DNA of 39,807 nt from Rhodothermales bacterium (GTDB lineage Bacteria > Bacteroidota > Rhodothermia > Rhodothermales > VXPQ01): assembly GCA_040904565.1 (NCBI GenBank), contig JBBDTI010000021.1, positions 1-39,807 of the forward strand, given 5' to 3'. The position numbers and the translations under genes are program-made. The notes beneath the pieces are model-generated. The model saw only the letters and a program-made list of their open reading frames with translations. It was not told where the DNA came from and did not search any database. Positions 7,095 through 16,460 of this stretch are shown here, piece by piece; position 1 is the stretch's first letter; every line of letters starts with the position of its first letter.

Positions 7095-10094
7095 TTAGAG
7101 CGAAAGACGCATTCCGAAGAAGACCCTTCGAGGGAAGAGGTAGTGAAACGAGCTAATGTTCGGCGGATCGACGTAGTCCTTGCCAAGCGTCCCCGGTATG
7201 TCGTCGCCATAGAGGGGCTCCCCATCCTCGGACGGAACGTAGAACTGCTCCCAACCCTCGACCATCTCCTCGGGGAGCCGCAACGAGTTCATGTACTGAT
7301 TGAAGTCTTCCCCTGCTCCAAAGGAGGACGCATTAAAGTTCTTCAGGCTGAACACGTTGAAGATGTCGACGTAGGCGTTTACAGCCATCCCGTCGCCGAC
7401 CTCGAAGTTCTTGCTGATGCGTGCATCGACGTTGCGAAAGTGCCGCCAGTGCATGTTGCTCTGAATACCTGAGACCGGCTCGCGGCCCGTGTACGTGAAG
7501 TACTCACCGTGCTTCCATTCGCCGAGAAGGCTCAGCCGTAAGTCGCCGAGAAGGGCGAGGCCGCCGAGGTCGGGTCCGAAATCGTCCGGGGTAATGACCT
7601 CGATATTCGCACGGGCGAAAGGCCGAGCCAGCGGCTTGTTCTGGTAGTAGTCCGTCGTCCCACGTTCGTAACGGATCTGATCGATTCGATTTTCCCGGTA
7701 AGAGGGAAAGCCGAAGTTACCGCCTGAGTCGACCATATACGTGTAGTTGACGAAGCCGCGTATCCATTCGCCCCCACTCTTGAATAGGCTGATCTCGACG
7801 CCGCGCGTGTCGCTGTAGGAGTCCGGTACGTTCGTGTCGTAGTCGATTAATCCGTCACGGCTGATGAAGGCTACCTGCCGGGGCTGATTCTTCGAATCGC
7901 GGTAGTACCCGGCGATGCGGACCAGGAACTGGTCCAGAAAACTCTGCTCGTAACCCAGCTCGTACTGGATCGTGAGCATCATCGGATTGTTCGGGTTCGC
8001 TATCTGGAAAACGCCGTCATCCTGAAAACGGCGAGTGAGCCGATAGAGGTCTTGCGGCTTCGGTCGCTGGTAGGCATGCCCATAGTTGAGATAGAGCTTG
8101 CTCGCTACGGTAACAGGGAAGGAGACACCGACGCGCGGACTCAGGGCGATCTGCGGACTAACGCGCTCCTGGTCTATCAGCTCCTCGAACTGGTCGACGT
8201 TCTTGCCCAGAAAGGCATCGCTGTACGGATCGTCGTACACATACCAGTCCGTGCTCGGATCCATATAGTCGAGCCGGAGGCCGACGTTGGCGATCATCCC
8301 CTGGAATTCGAGCTTGTCCTGGAGGTAGGCGGCGGCGTAGATTTCCGTCTCATTCCACCTCCCGTATACGTCATTGGGATTGATCAGGGCATCGATGAAG
8401 CCAAAGTTAATGTCCTGCGGCCCTACGATAAGCTCGACGCCGCTCTCGACGAGGTTGGTGCGGTTAACCTGGCTCGTGATATCGAAGCGCGCAGAATACT
8501 GGGCGACGCTGGACGTGTCACGGAATTCGGCCCAGTGTCCGCCCATGCGCATGTTCTCGAAGGACGTGGCTCCCTGAAATTTCCAGCCGAGGGGCGCCTC
8601 GTCGAGGCAGAAGTTGCCAAAGCACTCGACCGGGGATTCGTCACGCTCTTCAGGCGGTACCGTCGAGTAGCGTTCGCCCAGGCGCTGTAGTCTCACCTCG
8701 TAGAACGTGCTCGGGTTGGGCGTGTGCGTGAACGAGGCACCGATCAGGTTCGTCTTGATGGTCGAGATCGATGTCGTCCCATTACTGAAGATCTGGTCTT
8801 CGGCCAGGCCGTAGCGAGCCGTCGAACCCGTACCGGTCTGGACGTTGCCGTCGCGCACGATGCGCGTGGTGCCGCCACGATCCTCGGTCGACGTTCCGGC
8901 TTGCTGACCCATCATCCCGTGAAGCACCAGCTTCATGTTCTGGGCGATGTTCGAGGTGAGCTTCAGACTACTATTTTCCTCTGAAAACCCGTCTCTCGAA
9001 CGTGGAATGATGTATTGGTCATTGGCCCGCCGGTACGTGGCGTAAAAGCGCAGGTCGCCCAGCGCGTCGCTAATACCCGGCACGGGGCCACCGACGCCGC
9101 CGTCGACCGTATAGTCCGGGGCGTCAGGCTCAATGTCTCGACGGTGACGAAACTCGAAGATATCCTGCAGCTGTTCGGGCGTCAGGTCATCATCCGGGTT
9201 GTCGTTATTGGCGAGGCTCTCTGCCATGTCGCTGTATCCGTCGAAGCGCGGATACTGATTCTGGGTAAAGTCGTCCCACTCATCGGTGCCCTCGAAGGCC
9301 ACCTCGGAATCCGTGTAGGGACGCATCCAGTACGAGTTCGGGTCGTTCGGATCGATGCCGAAATACTTCTTGGCGGGCGGGCTATACGACGCATTTATCG
9401 TGGCCTCGTATGAATCGCGCTGCCCCTCTTTCGTCACGACGTTGACGATCCCCGAGCGCATGTTGCCGTACTTGGCCGTGAAGCCGCCCGACTGAATCTG
9501 GATCTCCTCAATGGACGAATAGCTGATCCCGGTGTAGGGCGTGTTGTCGCGCCGGCTCGTCAAGTTCAGTCCGTCCATGAAGACGGCCGCCTGGTCGGCT
9601 CCGGCGCCACGGATGTTCATCCCCTGCACACCGGCCTGCAGGCCCACGACTCGATTGATGTCGTTCACGGGCAGGTTCTCGATTTGTGCAGAGGTTACGT
9701 CGACGCGGCTGGCGGAGAGGTCGGTCTTAACCACCTCCCGTTCGGCCGACACCACAACCTCATCGAGGCCTACCGCTTGTTCGGTGAGGTCGAAATTGAC
9801 CTCCGCAGTCAGGTCGATACTGACGCGCACGTCTTCGACCACCTGCGGCGTGAAGCCGATGAAAGACGCCCGCACGTCGTACGTACCGGGACGCACGTTG
9901 ATGATGGAATAGTATCCATCGGAGCCGGTCGAGGTACCCTGGGTCGTACCGTCGATGACGACGTTGACCCCCGGCAGTGGATCACCCGTGGCCGCGTCCG
10001 TAACCTGACCGGAGATCTTGCCCGACTGGGCGAATACCGGCGAACCTACCAAGCACAGCACGAGCAGGCTTAGAAGCTGTATCGGTGTTCTCAT
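7095..10094 (-). CDS. TonB-dependent receptor with N-terminal carboxypeptidase-regulatory-like domain
   Basis: ORF 7095..10160; probable start ATG 10094 (MRTPIQLLSLLVLCLVGSPVFAQ). GKISGQVTDAATGDPLPGVNV domain, TonB-box-like DEVVVSA, plug motif GGFTAKYG..SGIVNVVTK, terminal strand PRRVFFGMRLSL. Confidence 0.9.
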   Translation of the reverse strand: MRTPIQLLSLLVLCLVGSPVFAQSGKISGQVTDAATGDPLPGVNVVIDGTTQGTSTGSDGYYSIINVRPGTYDVRASFIGFTPQVVEDVRVSIDLTAEVNFDLTEQAVGLDEVVVSAEREVVKTDLSASRVDVTSAQIENLPVNDINRVVGLQAGVQGMNIRGAGADQAAVFMDGLNLTSRRDNTPYTGISYSSIEEIQIQSGGFTAKYGNMRSGIVNVVTKEGQRDSYEATINASYSPPAKKYFGIDPNDPNSYWMRPYTDSEVAFEGTDEWDDFTQNQYPRFDGYSDMAESLANNDNPDDDLTPEQLQDIFEFRHRRDIEPDAPDYTVDGGVGGPVPGISDALGDLRFYATYRRANDQYIIPRSRDGFSEENSSLKLTSNIAQNMKLVLHGMMGQQAGTSTEDRGGTTRIVRDGNVQTGTGSTARYGLAEDQIFSNGTTSISTIKTNLIGASFTHTPNPSTFYEVRLQRLGERYSTVPPEERDESPVECFGNFCLDEAPLGWKFQGATSFENMRMGGHWAEFRDTSSVAQYSARFDITSQVNRTNLVESGVELIVGPQDINFGFIDALINPNDVYGRWNETEIYAAAYLQDKLEFQGMIANVGLRLDYMDPSTDWYVYDDPYSDAFLGKNVDQFEELIDQERVSPQIALSPRVGVSFPVTVASKLYLNYGHAYQRPKPQDLYRLTRRFQDDGVFQIANPNNPMMLTIQYELGYEQSFLDQFLVRIAGYYRDSKNQPRQVAFISRDGLIDYDTNVPDSYSDTRGVEISLFKSGGEWIRGFVNYTYMVDSGGNFGFPSYRENRIDQIRYERGTTDYYQNKPLARPFARANIEVITPDDFGPDLGGLALLGDLRLSLLGEWKHGEYFTYTGREPVSGIQSNMHWRHFRNVDARISKNFEVGDGMAVNAYVDIFNVFSLKNFNASSFGAGEDFNQYMNSLRLPEEMVEGWEQFYVPSEDGEPLYGDDIPGTLGKDYVDPPNISSFHYLFPRRVFFGMRLSL

Positions 10095-10312
10095 AGAAGC
10101 GAGATATCTGGGTGATCGGTGACTACCAAAAATCTGGCATGAACGAACGGCCAACCGCATCGCATGACTACTATCCGGCGCGTTACCGGAGACGGTGAAG
10201 ACGGACCATGAACGGATTCCATCTTGTGCAATAAGGCCACCAGTGCCCCTCCGCCTCCATCACGTTCCTCACGTCAACTATCCTGCGCGAGGGTCCAAAC
10301 GCCACGTTTTCA

Positions 10313-10326
10313 TAAAAGCGCTTCCA
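10313..10326. promoter_or_regulatory. LacI/GalR-type operator candidate (TGGAAGCGCTTTTA on minus strand)
   Basis: Imperfect palindrome with central AAGCGCTT, just downstream of the predicted TBDR promoter. Confidence 0.5.
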
Positions 10327-10374
10327 GACGCGAATGCCAACGTGTGAAAACGCGTTGGTTCACATGCTCTTAAC

Positions 10375-10403
10375 ACGATATAAAAATGCTTTTCATAAGT
10401 CAA
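10375..10403 (-). promoter_or_regulatory. Sigma70-type promoter for the TBDR operon
   Basis: Minus strand TTGACT-N17-TATCGT in an AT-rich patch. The spacer region forms an imperfect palindrome TATGAAAAGCATTTTTATA. Confidence 0.6.
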
Positions 10404-10717
10404 GTTAAACCCAATGACGATAGTACGTTATCCTCATCGGAAATAGACCCCGGCGCCCTCCGAAAAATAAATCGTGCCAGCTGTCACGTACATCTATCCA
10501 TCTGGCGACCGCGCATCTTATTCCGGAACCATTTCTCGAGGATGATTCTCAAATGTAACTTATCCATCTATCTTGAGACCATTCGGCATCTCACATCATG
10601 AGACGTGACCTGTCGTTACGGTATTTTCCCATTGTATTTTTTTATGGTTTGATTCACTGCGCAGGGGAATCCTCAAGCATCTCAGTCCGGATCCGCGACG
10701 ACGGACGTCATCGCGAC

Positions 10718-12430
10718 TCAGTCGACGTAATGGATGCTGTCGGATCCTTCGACGAGGCGCACGTGGCGATTGCCGGAAACGTGCGTGAAGTGGTCGATCC
10801 TGCCGCTTGGCCACTCAACCGCGAGACTGTCGACCGAGGATGCTGATCCGAGACCGAATGTGACCGGGAGCTCCGACGCCGAAAGATAGGTGGAGCCGGA
10901 GCGAACGCGGCGCTCCATCCAGCGGCCTTCTGACACGGCGACGATGCGCGCCGAAAGGCCGCTGCGGTTGCTTCGCGTTCCTTCCAGAGTCACGCGGAGG
11001 AAGCCCGTCGACGGCTCTAGATCCCTGCCCGAATCGTTGAGTTCGTTGCGCCACAGGTGCACCCGGCCCCCGTTCTCCGTTACGAGAACGTCCAGGTCGC
11101 CGTCGCCGTCAATGTCCGCATGCGCGGAACCCCGGGCCACGATGCGCTCGGAGAGGACACCGCCGATCTTGGGCGCGGCGTCGACGAACGAACCATCACC
11201 TTGATTCACGAAGAGGTGCGGCGCTTCTGCATATCGTACGGATTCGTCGACGGTTTCGATGTCCGGTTGAACGTGCCCGTTGGCGGCGAACAGATCCAGA
11301 TCGCCGTCTAGATCGACATCGAACAGGAACAGGCCGAACGTGAGCGTCATGAGACTCGGACGACCGATCTTCGAGACGAAGGCGCGGTCTTCAAACAGAC
11401 CGACACGCGCGTGCCGGTAAACGCCGATCGTTTCTTTTGAAAAATTGCCCACGAATAGGGATACTTCTCCGGTGCTGTCTACGACGCCCGCGTCTATGCC
11501 CATACCGGCCCGGGCCGCACCGTTCTCGTCGTACGCTATCCCGGCGATCGTACCGCGCTCGGTGAAGGTACCATCACCGTTGTTTTCGTACAGCAGGTCC
11601 GGCTCCGTGTCGCTGGCAACCGCGAGATCGGGCGCCCCGTCGCGATTGTAATCGAGTTCGACCACACCGAGGGCCTTGCCCGGGGCCGGCACGAACCCGG
11701 CGTCTTCCGTCGCGTCGCGGAATGTGCCGTCCCCGTTGTTCACGTAGAATCGGCCAGGTACGCCATCGTAGGCCTCCGGCGTACAATAGTCCTTTCGGAT
11801 GCCGTCGAGCGAGCAGAAGATGTCGGTCTCCGGAGACCAGCGCACGTAGTTTCCGACGTAGAAATCGACGGCGCCGTCGCCGTTTGCATCAAAGAACAAG
11901 GCGGACGAGCTCCAGACCGGATCGCCGGCCACTCCGGCATCGACCGGTGCGAAGATCCCGCTGTTGTTGCGAAACAAGATGTTCTCGCTCAGGGTCGTGA
12001 CGTAGAAATCCTGATCGCCGTCATTGTCGTAATCGGCTACGGCGAAGCCCAGCGTATAGGCGTCGACCTGGCCGAGCCCGACCTCCGCGGTGACATCCTT
12101 GAACGTGCCTCCGCCGTCATTGCGATACAGTGACAGCGTCGGACGATCCGTCGCCGACCACGAGCCGCCTCCGGCAAGGAGGATATCCGGCCTGCCGTCC
12201 CCGTTGTAATCGATGAAGGCGCACCCCGAACCCATTGATTCGGGAAACCACTTGTCTCCGACGGCGCCTGTTTCGTGCCGGAATCCACCCAGCCCGGCCT
12301 CCTCCGTAATGTCGGAAAAGCGTGGAGTGGCAGATGTCGGCCGGGAGTCATCCGGCGACGCCGGGGGCGCCGAGGAGTCCGGTGACCCGCAGGCCGCGAC
12401 GAGCATCGTGACCAGCAGCAGGCCACCCAT
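10718..12430 (-). CDS. CRTAC1-family FG-GAP repeat lipoprotein with C-terminal ASPIC/UnbV domain
   Basis: ORF 10718..12616; likely start near 12430 (MGGLLLVTMLVAAC lipobox). ESMGSG..DYNGDG repeats; C-terminal 'GSTYLSASELPVTFGLG...VEWPSG' is typical of ASPIC/UnbV. Confidence 0.85.
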   Translation of the reverse strand: MGGLLLVTMLVAACGSPDSSAPPASPDDSRPTSATPRFSDITEEAGLGGFRHETGAVGDKWFPESMGSGCAFIDYNGDGRPDILLAGGGSWSATDRPTLSLYRNDGGGTFKDVTAEVGLGQVDAYTLGFAVADYDNDGDQDFYVTTLSENILFRNNSGIFAPVDAGVAGDPVWSSSALFFDANGDGAVDFYVGNYVRWSPETDIFCSLDGIRKDYCTPEAYDGVPGRFYVNNGDGTFRDATEDAGFVPAPGKALGVVELDYNRDGAPDLAVASDTEPDLLYENNGDGTFTERGTIAGIAYDENGAARAGMGIDAGVVDSTGEVSLFVGNFSKETIGVYRHARVGLFEDRAFVSKIGRPSLMTLTFGLFLFDVDLDGDLDLFAANGHVQPDIETVDESVRYAEAPHLFVNQGDGSFVDAAPKIGGVLSERIVARGSAHADIDGDGDLDVLVTENGGRVHLWRNELNDSGRDLEPSTGFLRVTLEGTRSNRSGLSARIVAVSEGRWMERRVRSGSTYLSASELPVTFGLGSASSVDSLAVEWPSGRIDHFTHVSGNRHVRLVEGSDSIHYVD

Positions 12431-12709
12431 CGCCAGAGTGCTTACGACACAATGCAAGCCGGCGCACTCGTGTATATCCCCACAGGCGCCAGCAGATCGC
12501 CTTTTACCCTGGCGACGATCGAAAGATCGAATCGCCGCCCCTTGCGGGTTACGCAACGTCAGGGGAGACGGAACCGGACTTCGGCAGCCTCCTGACGAAA
12601 AAAGGACGTGGGCCATGCCGCCGTCGAACGTTCGATTACGGGTTGAGCGATATCCTCTTCGCAGCCGAATTCACGATGCCCGAGATACCGCACGCTACGT
12701 ACCTAATAC

Positions 12710-13453
12710 CTACCGCATCTCCGAATACACGGTCGGACGCATGGTGACGGACTCGATGTTGGCGACGAGCGGGCCGTCGCGGTGCGATTCCTCGGCCACC
12801 TGCTGCCATTCCGGATCGGCGATGAATTCCCGCCACGATTCGTACTGTGCGTGCACGCCGGGGAAGGCGAGGATGTAGATCAGCCGCTCCTCATCCTGAT
12901 CGATCCAGTAGGCCACGTTCTGCATCCCGTGCTTCTCGAAGATCCGCAGCGTGTGGTCGCGGAATCGGGTGAGCAAATCCTCGAACTTGCCCTCGTGCGG
13001 CGTATAGGTACGCAGTTCGAAGACGCGCTCGTACTCCAGCGAGGCGGGGCCGATGGTGGGCGAAAAATCGGCCGCATCCATCATGACCGACTCGACGTTC
13101 GTTACGATATCCCCCTGCGCCTCGGTAATCGCCTTGGCGTGCAGCCAGTCCGGGTCGCGGAAGAAGCGTGCCCAGGATGAATCCCGCGCGACGCAGTCCG
13201 GATACGACAGCACGTAGATGAACTGATTGTCCGGATTCTCGATCGGAATCCAGTATCCGAGTCCGTCCATCCCGTACTCGAAAAATACGGGGCGGGTGTA
13301 CTTGGCGAACCGCCGGTTCAGATCGTCGAGCCGGCCGTCCGGCGCCGTGTAGGTGCGCAGCTCGTAGCATTTGTCGTCGGCCTGCGCCTTCGCGTCCGGA
13401 GCCGCCAATCCGGCGACGAAGGCAACAATGCACAGCAGATAAACGTGTCTCAT
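12710..13453 (-). CDS. Secreted double-NIPSNAP domain protein
   Basis: Signal peptide; two repeats of (Y/F)ELRTYT...G...L..RF...F...GM...YW....W..F..DP.W. Confidence 0.88.
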   Translation of the reverse strand: MRHVYLLCIVAFVAGLAAPDAKAQADDKCYELRTYTAPDGRLDDLNRRFAKYTRPVFFEYGMDGLGYWIPIENPDNQFIYVLSYPDCVARDSSWARFFRDPDWLHAKAITEAQGDIVTNVESVMMDAADFSPTIGPASLEYERVFELRTYTPHEGKFEDLLTRFRDHTLRIFEKHGMQNVAYWIDQDEERLIYILAFPGVHAQYESWREFIADPEWQQVAEESHRDGPLVANIESVTMRPTVYSEMR

Positions 13454-13585
13454 TGTATCGTGGTGTGAGTCAGAAAAGTCGTGGAATGTGGGCCGCCCTC
13501 GCGCGCGCCGGCTTCCCGACGCATTCGGGCTCCTCCCAGTATAGGACGAAACGTATCGCTTTGCAGACCATTACGCCGTCTTTTC

Positions 13586-14548
13586 ATGCACGATCTTCGC
13601 GCCGCCTCCGTCCAGTTTCAGCACGCCCCCGGCGGGATCGGTGCTAACCTGGCCCGCGTGACCGCCTTCGTCAAAGAGGCTTCCGGCCGCGGCGTCGACC
13701 TCATCGCGTTTCCGGAAATGTGCCTCACGGGCTACTGGCACGTGCGCCGTCTCGGCCGTGAGGAGGTCGACGCGCTGGCGGAGCCGGTGCCGGGCGGAAC
13801 CTGCACCGAGGCGCTGCTCGAGCTCGCCGACGAGCACGAGATGACGATCGGGGCCGGACTCATCGAACGGGACGCCGACGGCACCTTATATAATAGCTAC
13901 GTCGTGGCGATGCCCGACGGCCGCTTCGCCTGTCACCGCAAGCTGCACGCCTTCATCAGCGAGCACATCACCTCGGGCGACAGCTTCACGGTGTTCGATC
14001 TGCCGAACGGCACGAAGGCCGGGATCCTCACGTGCTACGACAACAATCTCATCGAGAATGCGCGCATCACGGCGCTCATGGGCGCCGAGGTGCTCATCGC
14101 GCCGCATCAGACGGGTGGATGTCACTCCCGCAGCCCCCGCGCCATGGGACGCATCGACCCCGCCCTCTGGCACGACCGCGCGGAGAACCCGGACGCCCTC
14201 CGGCGCGAGTTCCTGGGTCCCAAGGGCCGCGAGTGGATCCTCCGCTGGCTCCCCTCCCGCGCGCACGACAACGGGATGTACCTGCTCTTCGCCAACGGAG
14301 TGGGACTCGACGACGACGAAGTGCGCACGGGCAACGCGATGATCCTGGATCCCTACGGTCAGATCGTAGCCGAGTCGCGCTCCATCGCCGACGACATGGT
14401 CGTGGCCGACCTGAAGGCCGACGACCTCCCGATGTCGTCCGGCCGCCGCTGGCTGAAGGCCCGCCGACCGGAGCTCTACGCCCCCCTCACGGAGTCGACG
14501 GGCAGCGAAACCGCCATCCGAACCGTCCGCTTCGGCCAGGACGAATGA
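13586..14548 (+). CDS. Nitrilase/carbon-nitrogen hydrolase family protein
   Basis: ORF 13481..14548; probable start ATG 13586 (MHDLRAASVQF). Catalytic triad motifs FPEM, HRKLH, LTCYD. Confidence 0.9.
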   Translation: MHDLRAASVQFQHAPGGIGANLARVTAFVKEASGRGVDLIAFPEMCLTGYWHVRRLGREEVDALAEPVPGGTCTEALLELADEHEMTIGAGLIERDADGTLYNSYVVAMPDGRFACHRKLHAFISEHITSGDSFTVFDLPNGTKAGILTCYDNNLIENARITALMGAEVLIAPHQTGGCHSRSPRAMGRIDPALWHDRAENPDALRREFLGPKGREWILRWLPSRAHDNGMYLLFANGVGLDDDEVRTGNAMILDPYGQIVAESRSIADDMVVADLKADDLPMSSGRRWLKARRPELYAPLTESTGSETAIRTVRFGQDE

Positions 14549-14665
14549 TGCGGCGGCGTGCCGCATAGACGGCGGCGCGCTGCGGCCTCGGCGGTATCAT
14601 ATGGTGGTAGACTGCCGCGGTTGGCTGCGGCGGTGGGCTGCGGCGCATTACCGTCCCGCAACGCC

Positions 14666-15598
14666 TTATCCCCCGAACGCATCGCGCAGCAGGGCCAGAC
14701 TCGTCGGGACGGCCGTGTCCGGCGATTCCTTGCCCTCGAATTCGAGCGAGACGTAGCCCCGGAAGCCGGCGTCCTGCATGATCCCCGCGATGCGATCGTA
14801 GTCCAGATCCAGCGTATACCAGGTGCCGCCGCCGTAGTACGTCTTCGCCTGTACGAGGACGGCGTGGGGGGCCAGCATGGCGAGCTCGTCGTAGGGATCC
14901 TCCAGAAAGTTTCCCGTATCGAGGGTGACCTGCAGCCAGGGCGAGTCGATGGCCTCCACGATCCGGAGGACGCCCTCCGGCGTCCGGCCGAGGCCCCAGT
15001 GATTCTCGAGCCCCAGCACGACGCCCCTCTCGGCCGCGTGCTCGACGCACTCGCCGATGGCCTCGATCACCCACTCGAACCCGTCCTCGTCCGTGTACCC
15101 TTCCAGCGGCGGCTCGATGCCCCGGTTGGCCATCAGGGCGTCGAAGGACTCGCTCGTTCCCCATCGCCCCGTGTTGATGCGCATCGTGGGGATCCCCATC
15201 GCCGCGGCCAGATCGATCTGATGCTTCGTGTCCTCCACGTTCTCCTGCCGCTCGGCGGCGTCGGGCGAGACGAAGCCCTGGTGGGTCGAGAAGCCCATCA
15301 GGTCCACCCCCAGCTCGATCGCCCGCCGCTTGAGCAGCTGCAGGTGGGCGTTCTCCTCGGATCCCATCTGGATGTGCAGGATCTCGACGCCGTCGAAGCC
15401 CATGTCGGCGGCCTGTTCGATGCACCACTCGATGGGATAGTTCTCCCTCGGACCGTCGAAGCGCCAGAAGGAATAGGTCGAGACACCGATCCGGTTGCCA
15501 GCGCGTCTCTGGGACTCCAGCAATGGGTGTAGCGAAGGTGCCGCAGCCAGTCCCGCGCCAGCGGCGGCTGACTGCTTAAAAAAGGTGCGCCGGTCCAT
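14666..15598 (-). CDS. Tat-exported xylose-isomerase-like TIM barrel (sugar-phosphate isomerase/epimerase family)
   Basis: Probable start 15598 MDRRTFFKQSAAAGAG (twin-arginine signal); GFDGVE, LGLENH, LDTGNF, SLEFEG motifs. Confidence 0.88.
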   Translation of the reverse strand: MDRRTFFKQSAAAGAGLAAAPSLHPLLESQRRAGNRIGVSTYSFWRFDGPRENYPIEWCIEQAADMGFDGVEILHIQMGSEENAHLQLLKRRAIELGVDLMGFSTHQGFVSPDAAERQENVEDTKHQIDLAAAMGIPTMRINTGRWGTSESFDALMANRGIEPPLEGYTDEDGFEWVIEAIGECVEHAAERGVVLGLENHWGLGRTPEGVLRIVEAIDSPWLQVTLDTGNFLEDPYDELAMLAPHAVLVQAKTYYGGGTWYTLDLDYDRIAGIMQDAGFRGYVSLEFEGKESPDTAVPTSLALLRDAFGG

Positions 15599-15835
15599 CT
15601 TACAGCTCGTTTGCTCCATGAGATCTTTTCGTGGCGGAACCGCACGCATCGTACCGCACCGGTGCGCCGGCTACCGCCGCACGCGCCAATGTAACGAGGC
15701 GGGCGGACAACAGCGAGGCGCGGGGGCCGCCAACCTCGCGTGTATCCTCGAAGCGCTTCCGCCGCAAAGGCTCTGTGAATTTCGGCCCATTACGACCCGA
15801 ACAACGCAACACAACATAAATTTTTTAGTCTGATG

Positions 15836-15865
15836 TTGACAAACGTCCAAAAAGCCATGTAAATT
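15836..15865 (+). promoter_or_regulatory. Sigma70-type promoter candidate for lrp-glnA
   Basis: TTGACA-N18-TAAATT in an AT-rich intergenic region upstream of the Lrp gene. Confidence 0.5.
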
Positions 15866-15894
15866 CTGGCGACTTGGATAAATTAATTAAGTTA

Positions 15895-15909
15895 CCTAAA
15901 ATACTTAGG
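15895..15909. promoter_or_regulatory. Palindromic operator candidate CCTAA-N5-TTAGG
   Basis: Perfect 5-5-5 inverted repeat between the promoter candidate and the Lrp start codon. Confidence 0.4.
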
Positions 15910-15929
15910 CACCAGTACCCGTCCCGTTT

Positions 15930-16433
15930 ATGGACCGAATTGATGAGATCGACACGACCATTCTGCAGCTGCTGCAAGAGAACGGTCGGATGAAGCGGAA
16001 CGCGATTGCGGAAATCGTTGATCTCTCCGTGCCCTCCGTCAGCGAGCGGATGCGCAAGCTCGAAGAACGCGGCGTCATCACGGGGTACCACGCCGTCGTC
16101 GATCCCAAGCGGCTTCACTTCGACATCACGTCGTTCATTCGTGTTACGGTCGACGGCTCCGAGCATTTCGACCCGTTCGTAGCGGAAGCGATGAGTTTTC
16201 CGGAGGTGCTCGAAGTGCATTCCATAACCGGCGAAGGCTCCCACATTCTGAAGATCCGTACGAAGAACACGACCTCGCTCGAACGCCTGCTCTCGAAGGT
16301 GCAGGCCCTGCCGGGCGTCCACGGCACGTCCACCAGCATCGTCCTGAGCACGTTCAAGGAAACGCAGGCGGTCCAGCCGTCTCCGATGGAGCTGGCCGAA
16401 TACGACAGAGAAAAGGAGCCCGTACCGAGTTGA
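15930..16433 (+). CDS. Lrp/AsnC family transcriptional regulator
   Basis: MDRIDEIDTTILQLLQENGR...LSVPSVSERMRKLEERGVITGY HTH and EVHSITGE RAM domain. Confidence 0.95.
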   Translation: MDRIDEIDTTILQLLQENGRMKRNAIAEIVDLSVPSVSERMRKLEERGVITGYHAVVDPKRLHFDITSFIRVTVDGSEHFDPFVAEAMSFPEVLEVHSITGEGSHILKIRTKNTTSLERLLSKVQALPGVHGTSTSIVLSTFKETQAVQPSPMELAEYDREKEPVPS

Positions 16434-16460
16434 TCCTTTCCCACCCAATCCGACGACGTC

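Noticed and set aside
10386-10846. Short ORFs in the AT-rich gap (71, 72 and 82 aa)
   Set aside because: No recognisable motifs. They overlap the predicted promoter or the 3' end of the ASPIC/UnbV gene.
14549-14665. GC-rich GCGGC-type repeats between convergent genes
   Set aside because: One small hairpin (ATGCGGC..GCCGCAT) plus low-complexity sequence; no regular repeat unit or RNA family recognised.
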